Below, piece after piece: positions 1 through 14,234 of a stretch of DNA of 64,000 nt. This stretch comes from Squalus acanthias (taxonomy: Eukaryota): positions 177,446,001-177,510,000 of the forward strand of contig CM059425.1 of NCBI GenBank assembly GCA_030390025.1. Reading direction: 5' to 3'. The position numbers and the translations under genes are program-made. The first letter of the stretch is position 1; every line of letters begins with the position of its first letter. The notes below the pieces were generated by a model. It saw nothing but the letters and a program-made list of their open reading frames with translations. It made no database searches and was not told where the DNA came from.

Positions 1-896
1 TACACTCCATGTGAGCAAATAGTTCGAATCACATTTATCCACCTATTCCAATATCCCTTTTTCCTTCGTCCACTTATCCAATTTAATCTTGAATATCGAC
101 ATGGCTTCTGCTTCAACTACTAACCCTGCACATTTGACAACTCTCCTTAAGCCTACATCCTTATTCATTGACAAAGTCTTAAGCATGATTAGTTTGGTTG
201 AAACAGTCTACTGTGGTCTGTGTGTGAAGTCACTCACATTCATCCTTAAAAGTATCTGCCTGAAAGTTTGTCACTAAGCAGAATAGACATTATGGTATTC
301 TAATAGTTAACTTTGTCCAGTTGTTCAACATATACAATTAATTAAACTCAATGCTTTAAACCTCAATGTCAGCAAATAAGAAAGCCTTTTTTTTTTATAA
401 ACAGAATTCCACCTGAAGTGCTGAAAAGTCATTACAAAATCCTTCTACATTAAACACAAATTCGATCTAAAAGTTCAGATTAATACTTTGCAAAATGAAT
501 GTATAATCTGCAGGACAAGCTTTCTATACTTGAGGGGGATCTTTCTTATTCTATCTGGAATATCAATACCTATATAAACTTTTTTTTTACTGTGAACATT
601 CACAATTAAAGCAAGTCACATATGGCTCAGACCTTTGGTATTAACAGTATTTTAATGGCAACCAGTTTGGGAATTTTTCAGCATATGCTGAATATGCAAG
701 TCAGGTGGAGATAGTGATAATTCACACATATTCTCCTCATTTGCAAACAAACTGAGCAACAGACCTATGCAATGCCACAATAGGTCTATTTACCCAACAC
801 ACATCAGCAAATGCAGTAGAAAATGCTATTACAGGTAGATAAGAGTGGATTGACTGGCAACTGGTAAAATTTTAATGATCCATATTAAAATACAAA

Positions 897-1410
897 GGGG
901 GGGGGGTAAAATTCGGTGGCGCCCGGCGCTAACTTTGCCCCTGCACCTTAAATTCAGTGGTAGCGCCCCAAGCAAGAGGCGGGGTGCTACTGGAAGCGCT
1001 CCACCTCCTTCCTGGGGCGCTAACACTGAATATCGCGGTGCTACGTGCAACGTCAGCACATAGTGCCGCGGTACTGCAGCACTCGAGGATTGCCGGGCTG
1101 AGCGATCGCAGCCATCACCCCGAAAGAGGGGAAGGTGCTGGCAGGCGGCCAGAAATAAAAATGGCCGCCCGACACCTGCCCCCTTTAAATACCGCCGCTG
1201 TGGTGGCACAAACGCCACCCTCACCCTGTCGGACATATCGTCTGGCAATAGGTCAGGGAGCGCAGCCGAAGTTTGTGGCGTTGACGTCATCACCGGAGGC
1301 GCAGTGCTGCGGGGCCCTACCGGCTACCGCCGCCGAATTTCGCAGGAGGCGTTAGCAGCGCCGCACCCAGACACTAGGGGCTTTGCGCCCCGTTAGCGTC
1401 CCTGGGCACA
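897..1410. mobile_element. GC/CpG-rich non-autonomous repeat fragment, unclassified
   Basis: Abrupt GC-rich block starting GGGGGTAAAATTCGG in AT-rich DNA, with recurring GGGGCG/CGCCCC and CGCTAAC motifs and no protein-like ORF. Confidence 0.45.
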
Positions 1411-1690
1411 AAGTCCAAAAATGTGCGGGTTAGGTTGATTTGGCTATGATAAATTGACCCTTAGTGTTAGGGGGGGATTAAATATGTGGGGTTATGGGGA
1501 TAGGATGGGATATGTTAGGGGGAATTAAATACGTGGGGTTACGGGGGTAGGGTGGGATATGTGTACTGTGGGGATTAAAGCAGGGACAGGGTACTGGATT
1601 TGGATGATCAGCCATGATCGTATTGAATGGCGGAGCAGGCTCGACGGGCCGAATGGCCTACTCCTGCTCCTAGATTCTATGTCTATGTCT
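1411..1690 (+). mobile_element. HE1/V-SINE-like body joined to a CR1 3' tail
   Basis: GTCCAAAAATGTGCGGGTTAGGTTGATTTGGCTATGATAAATTG resembles the V-SINE core. 1580-1690 matches the CR1 3' ends at 33909-34020 and 60693-60788 and ends in CTATGT repeats. Confidence 0.6.
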
Positions 1691-2324
1691 AAAGCAACCC
1701 AATTTTTCCCCCAAAGTGCTGTAGCAGGAAAAGTTGTTAGACCACTAGATGTTTCTTAATTATGTTCATTTCCTGGACCAGAAGGACCTTCATCACAACC
1801 ACAATTTCAGCAGAGATTTTTGTTTGGTGGATACAACAGAATTTATTAGTTACTCCTGCTCGGCTAATAACTAAATGCACTGCCAAGCTGGTTTAAGCAT
1901 GAACAAAGCACAAGTACAGTTGACAAAGTGGTTTATTATAGAATGTTCTGTTTTACCAACAATTGTGCTGCTGGGGAATTCTACTGAATTATAAAATGGG
2001 CACTCATTATTTTAGTTTCCCTTAGTCATATTTTACAAATAATCACTAGGTATCCCGACAATACATTACACAAAGTAGAAATTGCTGGAGAAGCTCTGCT
2101 GATACTTTAGTTAGGAAAGTCAAAGTGGAAAAGCCATTCAGAGCTGCTCCTCCAGCCATACTGTGGACTTTCAGAATTAAAGCAGGCAACCAACTACTCA
2201 CATCTTTTCTATTAAAATACATTTCAACCAATGTTCAACTTTAATTTTTTTTGGGTGCATGCTCCCTTTAAGGGGCTGCAAGGCCCATTCAAAATATCGC
2301 ACATGTGCGGTTTTCCCTATTTAA

Positions 2325-2558
2325 AAGCAGGGGAATTAACTCCGGTGTTGTGGCCAATTATTTATCCCTCAATCAACATCACTAAAAAAAAAAGGATCTG
2401 GTTATCACTTTGCTGTTTGAGACCTTGCTGTGTGCAAATTGGTGGCCACATTTCAACAGCGACTACATTTCAAAAGAAAAAGTTAATTCATTGGCTGTAA
2501 AAACACTTTGGGGCATCCAGAGGTCATGAAAGGCGCTATATAAATGCAAGTTTCTTTT
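2325..2558 (+). mobile_element. Deu-SINE (SacSINE1/AmnSINE-like) 3' part
   Basis: TGCTGTGTGCAAATTGG...GACTACATTTCAAAA...TTGGCTGTAAA...GAAAGGCGCTATATAAATGCAAGT. The same tail occurs at 21738-21840, 24781-24897 and 55010-55146. Confidence 0.7.
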
Positions 2559-3399
2559 AAAATCATTTCACACAAGTGGTAGTAGGGACACTACCATTGG
2601 CCTCAGCACCAGGACTGGAGGGGAAATACGGTAGAGTTTCTGTTGCAAGTATGCATGTGGATGTCAGGTGAGGAAAGGATCACAATTGGTGTGACACTCC
2701 CACAGAATATCTTGCTGAGGCTCAAACATGAAGATTGGCCCTTTGGACCTGGTACTGAAATGTTAATGGGCATGTGTGAAACTTTACTCAGCACATTTCT
2801 AGTTTTGTGTGTAAATAGTTATTTTAAGGATGAGATAGGACAGTCCAGACCAATATTAAATTGAAACAGAGCAATTTTAAAAATGTCTCCCAAACTTCTA
2901 TTCAGTGATGGCTGCTGCAAACCTCCTCCAGGGAGACAACCAACTGCTACATGCCCCCTCCCCTGGTGACACCCCTTAGGACATGGAGGACATGTGCTTC
3001 ACCAAGTGCTATCCAAAGCTGCCCCTCCATGACAACTACCAAAGCAATTTCCACTTACACTTCCCTATTCAAGGATGCAGCAAGCACCAGTCAAAACCCC
3101 AAGGCATTACCTTTCACATCCTCAGGACATACCAAAGCACTTCAAAGCTAATTAGTTTCTTTAAGTGTAGTCACCATTCTGAAAGCAAACACAGAAGCCA
3201 GTTTGCACACCATAAGGCTCCACAAGCAGCAAAATGATTATATAAATGGCTAGTTACACTATTTTGGTGTTATTAGTTGAGGGAATAAATGTTGGCCAGG
3301 ATACATAGATACTTGGTTTCAGTGGGAAGAGAAAAGATTAACATCCAATCTAGACGAGACAACTAACTTACAGCAATGAAGGGGTGTAGCGCCCTGATA

Positions 3400-6230
3400 A
3401 TAAAGGATGGGATAAAGTCAGTAGAGAGAAATGATCTTGGCTCAAAAACAAGATGTTGAATCACTTTGGATGGAGCCAAGAAACAAGGGGCAGAAAACAC
3501 TAGTGGGAGTAGTTTATAGGCCCCCCCCCAATAGTAGTTGTAGTGTCAAGCATAGTATATATCAGGAAATTAGAGGTGCATATAACAAGGGTAATACATT
3601 AATCACAGGGGACTTTAATCTACATAGACTGGGCAAACCAAATTTGCAGTAATACGGAGGACAAGTTCATGGAATGCATTCAAGATGGCTTTCTAGACCA
3701 GTATGTCGAGGAACCAATTGGGGAACAGGCTATTTTAGATTAGTATTGTGCAATGAGGCAGGGTTAATTAATAACCTTGTAGTAAAGGAGCCTCTGGGGT
3801 GCAGCGATCATATGAATTTTGTATTAAGTTTGAGTGTGATTTAGTTAAGTCAAAAAGTGGTGTCTTAAATCTGAATAAAGCAAACTTCTGATAAAGCAAA
3901 CTATGTAGTTATGAGGTGAGTTGGCTAAGGAAGGTTGGGAAACTAGATTAAAAGATATGATGGCAGATAAGCAATGACAAACATTTAAAGAAATAATTCA
4001 TAATTCACAATTAATATAACTTCCCTTAAGGAATAAACCCACCCCTCCCCCACCAAAACGGGAAAAAACGGTCCAACCATGGCTAACAAGAGAAGCTAAA
4101 GATACTATTGGATTAAAGGAAGAGGCTCGTAATGTGGCCAAAAAATAGTAGTAAGCCTGTGGAGTGGCAGGATTTTAGAGTTCAGCAAAGGAGGACCAAG
4201 AAATGGATCAAGAGACAGAAAATAGAATGAGTAAACTAGCAAGAGACTTAAAAAGATTGTAAAAGCTTCTATAGGTATGTAAAAAGGAAGAGATTAGCAA
4301 AAGTAAACGTGGGTCAGGCAGAAATAGGAGAAATTATAACAGGAATAAGAAAATGGTAGAAACATTAAACAAATACTTTGTATCTATCCTCATGGAAGAC
4401 GACAAAACATTCTGGAAATAGTGGAGAACCAAGCTACGTCCCTTGTAAGCTGCACTGCCTCCTGCGCGGCCCATTCAAATATTTGCACATGCGTGGTATC
4501 TACAATGTGAAAGCCGGTGAGCGGCCTGCACAGGACCTTGCAGATGACTGCGTGGTCAAGCAGCTTAACGGGAACATTGGAACCAAAGATCTAGTGAGAA
4601 TGAGTAGTATTAGTAAAGAAATAGTACTGGAGAAATTAATGGGACTAAAAGCCGACAAATCCCCATGAACTGACGGCCTACATCCTAGGGTGTTGAGGCG
4701 ACTAGATAGTGGATGCGTTGGTTTTGATCTTCTAGAATCTATGGAATTCTGGAACGGTCCCCGCAGATTGGAAGGTATCAAATGTAACCCCGCTATTCAA
4801 GAAAGGAGGGAGAGAGAAAACAGGGAACTATAGACCAGTTAGCCTGACATCAGTAGTAGGGAAAATGCTAGAATCTATTACTCGGGACATGGTAACAGGG
4901 CACTTAGAAAATCATATTATTGGGCAGTGAACACAGATTTATGAAATCATGTTTGACAAATCTATTGAGTTTTTTTTGAGGTTGTAACTAGCAGGGTAGA
5001 TAAGGGGGAACCAGAGGTGTCATGTATTTGGATTTTCAGAAAGCATTCAATAAGGTGCCACACAAGAGGCTTACACACAAAATTAGGATTCATGGGATTG
5101 GGAATAATATATCAGCATGGAGTGAGGATTGGTTAACAGTCAGAAAACAGAGAGTAGGAATAAACAGGTCATTTTCAGGTTGGCAGGCTGTAACTAGTTG
5201 GGTACCGCAAGGATCAGTGCTTGGGCCTCGGCTATTTACAATCTCTATCAATGACTTAGATGAGGGGACGGAGTGTAATGTATCCAGGTTTGCTGACGAT
5301 ACAAAGCTAGGTGGTAAAGTAAGTTGTGAGGAGGATGCAAAGAGATATAGGCAGGTTAAGTGAGTGGGCAAGAACATGGCAGATGGAATATAATGTGGAG
5401 AAATGTAAAGTTATCCACTTTGGCACGTAAAATAGAAAAGCAGAACATTTTTTAAAATGGCGAGGGATTGGGAAATGTTGATATTCAAAGGGACCTGGGT
5501 GTTCTTGTACACAAATGACAAAGTTAATGTGCAGGTACAGCAAGCAATTAGGAAAGCAAATGGTATGTTAGCCTTTATTACAAAAGGATTGGAGTACAAG
5601 AGTAAATAAATCTTATTGAAATTATATAGGGCCTTGGCAAGACCACACCTGGAGTACTGTGTAGTCTTGGTCTTCTTACCCAAGGAAGGATATAATTGCC
5701 TTAGAGGGAGGGAGTGCAACAAAGGTTCACCTGACTTATTCCTGGGATTATTTTTTTTGGGGTGGGGAAATTGTCCTGAGGAGAGATTGAAGAGACTAGG
5801 CCGATATTCCCTAGAATTTAGAAGAATGAGAGGGTGATCTCACTGAAACATAAAATTCTTACAGGGCTTGACAGGGTAGATGCAGGGAGATGGTTTCCCC
5901 TGGCTGGGGAAGTCTAGAACTAGGGTGGGGGGGGGGGGTGTCAGTCTCAGAATAAGGGGTTGGCCTTTAGGACCGAGGAGGAGGAGAAATTTCTTCACTC
6001 AAAAGGTTGTTAATCTTTGGAATTTCTCTACCCCAGAGGGCTGTGGATGCTCAGTCAGTCAGTCAGTCGTTGAGTATATTCAAGGCTGAGATAGATATTT
6101 GGATAAAGGGAATCAAGGGATATAGCGATAGTGTGGGAAGGTAGAGTTGAGGTTGATCAGCCATGATCTTATGGAATGGTGGAGCAGACTCAAAGGGCCG
6201 AATGGCCTACTCTGATCATTTCTTATGTGC
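3400..6230 (+). mobile_element. Degraded CR1 LINE ORF2 (APE to RT) with 3' tail, containing a ~147-bp insert
   Basis: GVVYRPP, GDFN, YLDFQKAF, VPQGSVLGP, FADDTKL and RPHLEYC motifs in shifting frames. The insert at 4433-4579 is flanked by a GAACCAA duplication. Confidence 0.9.
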
Positions 6231-6239
6231 AAACTAAAT

Positions 6240-9113
6240 TGAAAATTTTGCTTGATTTATTAAATTACTTAACTCTTGGACACCACTACCCAGCTAAGGT
6301 AGGAGAGCAAGCTGTTCTCCAACCTCTCCCAACACTGAATCACTTGCTCGAAGGTGAGAGCAGCATAATTTACACCTCTCCCCAAAGTCCTGGCAGAGGA
6401 ATCAGTAAATCACCAGATTGGGTATCAAGAAAATTCACTTTTATAATACTCCATGTACACTAAAATCCATACACCAAGATTGTTCCATCCCATTTAAAAT
6501 ACAACCAATTTGTTTTACTTCTAGAAGCTAACTGGACAAATTCAATTAATTAAACAGCTACAGAATAGTCCCTACCATACTCTGTTCCAAAAAGCACAAT
6601 AGTCATTTCCTAATCATGACATTTCTTCACATGGGGAAAATTTTAAACTCATGCAGTTCTGACACTTTTTAAACAACTAGCTGCAAATTCAGTGTCGGCA
6701 GTTGGGCAATAGGTCTGCAACTCATCCATTTCATGAGGGAAAAGTGTGTATTTAAATTTTAAAAAGGCGCAAATGTAGATAAACAAATACACAAAATCTT
6801 TACACGCAAAATTTACTTAGAACTTTTCATTCTACTGTATCCATTTAAATTACTGTTTTTGCTTAATGCCCCAGGAAGTTCAAGCCCATTTCTAAGTCTT
6901 CAATATTTTCTATCTGCATTGATTTTTCAGACCAACCTTTTGACTGTTTTTTGACCTTTTCAGCAGGAGCTTGATGGGTAGTGATCAATTAAGGGCCTAT
7001 CCTAATATGAGTCATGCATCTGGAGAAAATTCAATAAAATCATTGAAGACACTATTACAGGGCTTGGTGAAAAATTAGTATGACAGGTTAGTGACCATGC
7101 TGGGAAATGATAAAGCACCCACCCAACCACAGCAGGTTGTGCAGTAAGCTAATAAACTTAACAGCTCAGTGTTTTTCCACAATGTTTTGAGTTACACACC
7201 CCCCAATTCATGTAGGACAGGCTTCTTGCCATGTAGTTATGCATTCAATTATGTCGCTGTAAAATGGTTTTACTATTACAATATAGCCCCCATCATACTA
7301 TTTCTCCCTCTTCCACCCTGCTCTCTGCCTGCCCCCCCCCACCACAAAGCAAAGCTGACTCACGTTGGCTGAGCTCACCACATGAATTTTCCTCCAGTAC
7401 AATGTCAAGCTGGGACAAGTGCTGAAGAGCTCCGCTGCACCTTGTGGCCACTTTAGAAACTTAAGTGCCCACGCCTGTCCTCCCAGCCAGAGATCAGGGA
7501 AGTTTAAAAATGAAGTTCAACTATCGTGAAACTTGGTAATTTTTAAATAATAAAGTAGGTAATGCAAAAAAGTGGTACAGAAATTAGCTGAAGATTACAA
7601 CATTCACCTGAAAAGATCAATAATTTCACTTCATAGACATAACACAAACACATACATCACGCAACCAGATCCAAAAAGACTTTTACATGCAAGAAAAGTA
7701 TGGGTGACTATTCTGTAAAGCAATGCTAATTTAGCAAATGTGACTTTTATTCAATACAACCCAGGAAAAAAAGCAAGGCTGAAAGTGTTGACAATAAGTG
7801 GATTCCAGTTGTGTTTGCTCAAGGAGGCTATTCTATGGATTATATACAGCAAGTAAATTAAACAGCAATTCCTTTACAGCACGGAAATATTCACTCCATG
7901 AATATCAGTTGGCTACACAGCAATTTGACACTGGCGAAGGCAAGTGCAGTTTTTTTGCATTTTATTGTGAATGCTTCATTTAAGACTTTACATGGCCAAT
8001 GTGCCATAATAATTCTCATTTGTATCCGTAAAGTGCAGAATTACAGTAATTACCTGAATCCAACTTAACCCTCAAATGTCATCCTTCCTGTTACAACAGT
8101 AATGTGGATATTGTTTATTAAATATCAATTACTTTGAAGCAATAGCTGGTAATAAACATCTTGTAGGAGGCAGGCTGTTCTTCAAACTAAAGAAAACAAA
8201 TCTCTTCAGTTTGTTGTACAAGGCCATTAAAAAGGACGTGAAATCTCCATTTTAAGATGCATTAACTCGTGGATCAAAGTAGCTTATTTCCCCCTACTCA
8301 GTAACAGACATTAAAAGGGGAGTCAAATGCAGCAACCTCAAGGGTAAAGCCCTATTTATATACAAAAAAGCCCATAGGTGCTTCCATCAATAGTAAGTGG
8401 TCAGAATACTTTTATGCAGTTTGAAAAGCACAAGTTTTTTAGACAAATGAGCAACTCCACAAAAAAGCACGAGAAAGATACCCAATGTTCCAATCAAATT
8501 CCAGTATCTGCATAGTGATGTGTCAACATAAAGCAGTTTTTTTCTCCAAGCCACTGCACTGGAAACTTAAAAGCACTTAAGGTATTGCTGAAGTTAAAGC
8601 CATCTTTGACAGTTTGCAGGATGAATAATGGTCCACAGTGTGCAGAGTCAAAAAAATAGAATGCCAGAAAGTTGTGTTTTTTTTTTTAAGTGTGAATATT
8701 GCATCTACACTAATCAGCACGAAGGGAAATTTAAAAAGTCAGCTCGAAAATATTATTCTGCTACTAGTAAATATTAGAACAAAATCAAGTTTGGCAGAGG
8801 ATTTGCTAGAACTCCAGACTATAATATAAACAATCCCAAGCTTAACCAAAAGCAAAGCAGCATACAGCATCAGACATCCATTAAAATACTGATGAACAGA
8901 TACAATATACTATATGCACATGCATTACCATTGTGCATGAATTGGGGTGCAAGGTGACCAAGAGGGCAAAACAAAACATGCAGTCATCAAAATTCACTAA
9001 AAGCTGCTGAATCCATTCAAAATCTCTTAGCGCGCAGATAAAAACTAAAGCATATGACCAATTTCTTTCCATATTTACAGGCATTCCAAAAACAAACCCA
9101 AAAATTGTTCAGA
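6240..9113 (-). other. Candidate FEM1C 3' UTR (distal end undetermined)
   Basis: AT-rich stretch after the stop codon with no recognisable TE. Minus-strand AATAAA at 8114-8119, 7961-7966, 7746-7751 and 6256-6261. Confidence 0.5.
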
Positions 9114-10423
9114 TCATCTGTGGAGCAAAATGAAAGCCTCCAGTTTTTCTGGGATCTGTCCTTTGTAAACGAATTGGTGTTTTACTATGGCACGGGCAGC
9201 AAGACACTGCAAAGTTGTGTGGTTGATGGGCTGAATCAAGTTTTTTCCCATTTCCTTCTCATCCAATAAATCGCAGGCAGTCTGTTTATGGGAGTTTGTG
9301 GTGTCGAAGTGTGAACCCGCCTTAATTAGAAGATTCATGATCTCAGGGTGATTGTTACGTGCTGCAATGTGCAATGGGATGTTGTTCTCAAAGTCTCTTG
9401 CATTGAAATCTGCTCCACACTCCAGCAACATTGCAGTGACCTGCAAGGATGGAAATTTACAAACTGGATAACGACCTACAGAAGTAGTGTCTTTATCAAC
9501 TGCAAGATGAAGCGGGGAAAACCCAGTTTTTCCTCGGGAATTCAGTTTTAGAAACCTGTAGATAGTTTGCCGCTTGAGATGTTCCTGCTCAGAGCTGCAT
9601 TTCACTTTCTCCAACAAACAGATCAGATGCAGGATTATTGATAGGGCTTTGCTCAACTGTGTCAAGTCAGGTGGAGTCTGTACCTGCTTTATGGCTCTGT
9701 CTATTTCAAAGACACTTTTGCTCAATATTCCCATCAAATCATTGAAGGACACAGAAGTTCCTAAGACACCTTTTGTCCGGTCTTGCAGCATAAAAGAAAA
9801 AAGTTCAGCAAAAGACAGCAAGCTGCTTGCTGTCATTGGACTCAGTGGATCCAGATTGTTCTGCTGCATATCCAATGCATACTTCCACAAGTTGATGCAC
9901 CTTTCAAAATTGCCAGAATCAGCATAGACAGCACCCCTATATCTTATGTAGTAAGACGTATCAGGGTGTGAAGGACCCAGTATTCTCTCTCTGATCAACA
10001 GCGCCTGCATCCTCATCTCATCTGGATCAGCAATCAAGGCTTCCAGTTCCTCTCCAGAGATTACTTCTTTGGCATAATCATAAGCCATTACCAACTGCTG
10101 GGGCTCTGGTTTAGTGAGGACGTTAGCCCCATCACTGTATCGCATGTCCATAGCTTTCTTCCAGTATTTCATCGCTCCCAGCAAGTCTCTCTTCTTGTCC
10201 ACAAATGTGGCTCCTAGCAGCTCTAGGGCATCAATACGTTCAATTTTACTTGTTTGTGGGTGCTGGGTCAGGAAATCCACGATGTTGGTGTGACCAGTCA
10301 CACTGGCTGAAAGCAGCGGGGTCATCCCATAGCCATCTTTCTCCATTTTGGCTCCATATTTAAGCAACATCTTCATGATTTCCAAGCTCCCAGACTCAGC
10401 ACAGTCATGCAAAGCTGTGTTTC
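9114..10423 (-). CDS. FEM1C: FEM1C coding exon 2 (TPR-like region, C-terminal ankyrin repeats, VHL/SOCS-type box)
   Basis: Pyrimidine tract plus AG at 10425-10424. The splice gives K-G-N-T-A-L-H-D-C-A-E-S-G in frame and the exon ends TTLQCLAARAIV...IPEKLEAFILLHR-stop. 544+1310 nt = 617 aa + stop, matching the length and split coding structure I recall for FEM1C rather than the intronless mammalian FEM1A. Confidence 0.95.
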
Positions 10424-10614
10424 CTTTAAAAAAAAAGAGAAAAATGAATTAAGATCAAATCACTTAATAGTAAAGATTTAATACTTCTTACATGTTAAAA
10501 TGGAAAAGTATGAAGTTTGACAGGGCTGGATTTTTTAAAATATAAATTTAAGTATTCACATTTGGATATAAAACTAGTGAATTTTTGAGAAATAAAAAGA
10601 CTAAAAGATTGACA

Positions 10615-10828
10615 TTTACACAGAATTAACAGCACAGAAACAGGCCATTTGGCCCAACAGGTCTAAGTTCCACATGAGCCACTTCTCACCTTACTGTATC
10701 TCACCCTATCAATATATTCTTCTCTTCCTTTCTCCCCCATGCACTTAACTAGCTTCCCTTTAAATGCATCTATGCTAATCACCTCAACCACTCCATGTGG
10801 TAGCAAGTTCCACATTCTCACCACTGAG
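10615..10828 (-). mobile_element. CR1 3'-end fragment in the FEM1C intron
   Basis: VVRMWNLLP...FKGKL translation plus CR1 3' tail. Confidence 0.7.
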
Positions 10829-12224
10829 TAAAGCAGCAATTTTAAATGATCAATTCTTCCAGAAGACCTGCAAAACACGTAGCAGTGTTGTGAGCTATCC
10901 AGATCCAAGATAAAATTGAGCGATATACAACCTTAATTCAAACACAATATCCATTTATAGGATCCCACAATTAAAATTTTTTTTCATGAACAAGGTGAGT
11001 GATGTTAGCACTGAAGAATAGAACTCTTCTATTTCAAGCACCTAGATTGTCAATGAATGCAGTTACTGAGTTTTTTGTTGTAAGCCCATACCTACTGGGA
11101 ACTAGATTGTGACAGAGCAAACTAGTTTCACATGGGACCCTTACAGGCAGAACAGAATTTCAACGGAACAATCTGGGCTGGATTTGGACCCAGTTCCCAA
11201 AGGTAAAAGGTCTATTCCACTGCACCACTCAGTTCCCTGAAACTATGTTTTGATTTTAAAGCCAAGAAATAGGAGTCCCAACAACAAAAAGATAAGTGTT
11301 TTCACAGTAGTGGATATACAGTACCATTATGTGCTTCAGGGTCTACATTACACTTTATCTGTTCCACAATAATAAACAGATAATTATATTACAGATGGAT
11401 ATTAGACAGCAAATGTACTTTGTTTTCCTGCTAGCGTTGTTTGTGGAAAACAGAACCTTCCCACTCCAGGACCAAAATGAATTCTAAAATCCACTGTCCA
11501 ACTTTGAAGTTAAAACAGCAGAGGTTTATATATTGGATAAAAAGGAAAAATGTAGAGAGAAGATTATAAAGTTCAAACATACAGAAAGACTACTCTCACT
11601 CTATTGTCTGGTACTGAAATGCACTACAGCCAAATTAGCAACTAGTGCAATTTACCTTGCAGCACTGCCACCAGTAGTTGCAGTCCTAACTTTGGTAGCA
11701 TTATTGTAAATGGAGATAGTGCTGGCATGGACACCTCCAAAGGAGGAAAGACTCCCAAGAAGTGGTTTTCATCCACTTTCACTGCTAACTGAGGACAAGT
11801 TTAAGACTTGGCAGGGTCCCCATTACAGGATCTAGGATACCCAACACTAAATCTGCAATCTCTACTCCACATACAATTCCCTGGTCAAAGTGGTAGCCAG
11901 CTCTAAAGTCAGCTGCTAGAGTGGTCCAGAACAACTTGCTTGATTTTTAAGGGTCTCCACTTTCCCTGATGACAAAAATGACAAGCTTGCCAAGTGGAGG
12001 GAAAATTTCTATGCTTCCTACCATATTTCAAATGAACATCCTTTAATGATATAAACTGAATATGCAACTTTTAAAAATCAGAATAAAGTTTCCCTGTAAA
12101 GTGTTCTCCTGTGTATAGTGTAACTGCAGTATTCTCTGTAGTAGTAAAATTAAACTGAAGATTTAAAAATTAAGACTACTTTTTAAAACTGAATTGTTAA
12201 TTTGTTGAAAATGTAGCTTATAAC

Positions 12225-12482
12225 CTCAGAGGCATAACGGCACAGAAGGAGGCCATTCGGCCGATTAGTCCGTGCCGGCTCTCTGTAGAGCAATCCAGTC
12301 AGTCCCATTCCCCTGCTCTATCCCCGTAGCCCTGCAAGTTTATTTCCCTCAAGTGCCTATCCAGTCTCCCCTTGAAAACACTGAGTGTCTCCGCTTCCGC
12401 CACTTCCGTCGGCAGCGAATTCCAGGCCATCACCACTCGCTGCGTAAAAAGGTTTTTCCTCACATCCCCCCTAAACCTACTA
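12225..12482 (-). mobile_element. CR1 3'-end fragment in the FEM1C intron
   Basis: [17 protein letters not shown] motif; highly similar to 49000-49420. Confidence 0.85.
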
Positions 12483-14234
12483 AACGTTCTCTGTAAAAGC
12501 AGATTTGATTCATGCATAGCTTCTATATTGTACAGTTCGAATGATCTACAGGTGACCGTATATCCTTCTGTCCAGTAGTCTGGTCCACGACCCATCATTG
12601 TTGTAGAGTAACAATGTGTATTTTACCTTTTGGGAATAAGCGATTAAGCTGATGTTTGTTTACTTTTATATTATAGCAAGAATTTCAAAGTAATATTCTT
12701 GATGGCTGTGTGAGTTTATCCATGGAGTTGCTAAGCCATACAGATTGTAAAGTATCAGATTCACTCTCTGGATTATGCCAAGTTACCTGATCTCAGCTGG
12801 GGTAGTGGTAGGTTGTTCCACAGTTTGGCTTCAGTGCCCTTGGGTTAGGGAAGAGGATAATTAGCCAGGATTTCTGCTCATGAACGCCATCTGGAAGTGT
12901 GTATGTGCGAACTTCAGATGAGAACAGGATCAAATGGTGACACAAATCATAGGCAGAGATGTGGTGAGATAGGGCTGGGTGTAGTCAGCGTAAATATGGA
13001 ATCTGACATTGTGTTTTCAGATGATGTCACTGAGAGGCAGCACGTAGACACTACTATCCTTTTTCAACTAGAACAATGATTCAAAGCAATTATTTGCATT
13101 CTAGCCCATTCATTATTGCAGGCATGAATTTTGCTTCCTTAGTGCAAACCAAAATATCAGATCTCTACAAGGGCAGAAAGTAAGAATTATATTTTCCATC
13201 ATGAAAAAGGAAAGCATGCAAGAATTTATATGCAGGAGTTTCTTCCCCGTGCCCCCCAATGGCTTTCACTATTTTAAAACGCTGAGCAACACTGATACTT
13301 TTTGAATTGGAACAGGCTCAACGTACTGCAGCTGCACATTCCCACCCACCCATCAAGTCAGTTTCCCTAGACAACAACAGATGCTCACCATTTCCCCCCC
13401 CCAATAGTCCAGCTGATCTGAAAACATGCAGGATTGAGAATATTAAAATATATAGTTTCTTCTGGAATAATGAGGTACTTTTTTTTTAAAGTATTCTTTA
13501 ATCCCAAAATTCAAAGAGTCATTCACTTACTAAATTTGCATATAGGCAGAAGGAGCAGTGGCCATGACATTATTAATTGATTAACTAATTGAAGATAAAT
13601 AGAAGGAAATTACAAAGCTGCAAGCAAAGATACACACCAAGGCTATCCAAAACTGTCATTTTATAATTTTCAAAACAGCATCTATGACTACAAGGAATCA
13701 CAGACTTTACTTTTGCTATTGTAAAATACATTTTTTTCTAACAGGAGAAAATCTTGCTGCAGTAAAGCCACTGCCATCTTCCAATTTATAAAACTACCAA
13801 AATACAATAAAAAGCTTGCTTTGAAGGTCATATGGCCCAAAACGGAACATATTTATGACTGCATCCCATAAATTATACTTAAAGGATCAAGCCACTTGGG
13901 TCCCCCCTCCCTAAAAACACATAATACTCCAATACATTGCACTGTAGTGTGACAGGACCTAGAATGACATCCATTACTCACATGAAGCCTAATTCCAACC
14001 AAACAATTGTCAAGTTAGGCAAACACCATGTAGAAACCAGGTGCTACATTATTTCTGAAGCAGCAGCCAGTCATTCTAGCAGTTGATTATATAGTTGCAT
14101 TGACAAAAGCCTGAAACCTAACTTCACAGAAGAGGAAGGTACATGGTCCAAGCAAACGACAGGACAAAAGCAGAATAAGTTTGTAACCTTACAACTAGAA
14201 AATATGGTGACACAAAAATGACAGGTAATATAGA

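Noticed and set aside
829..1355. Overlapping 130-150 aa ORFs
   Set aside because: By-product of a GC-rich repeat; no protein motifs.
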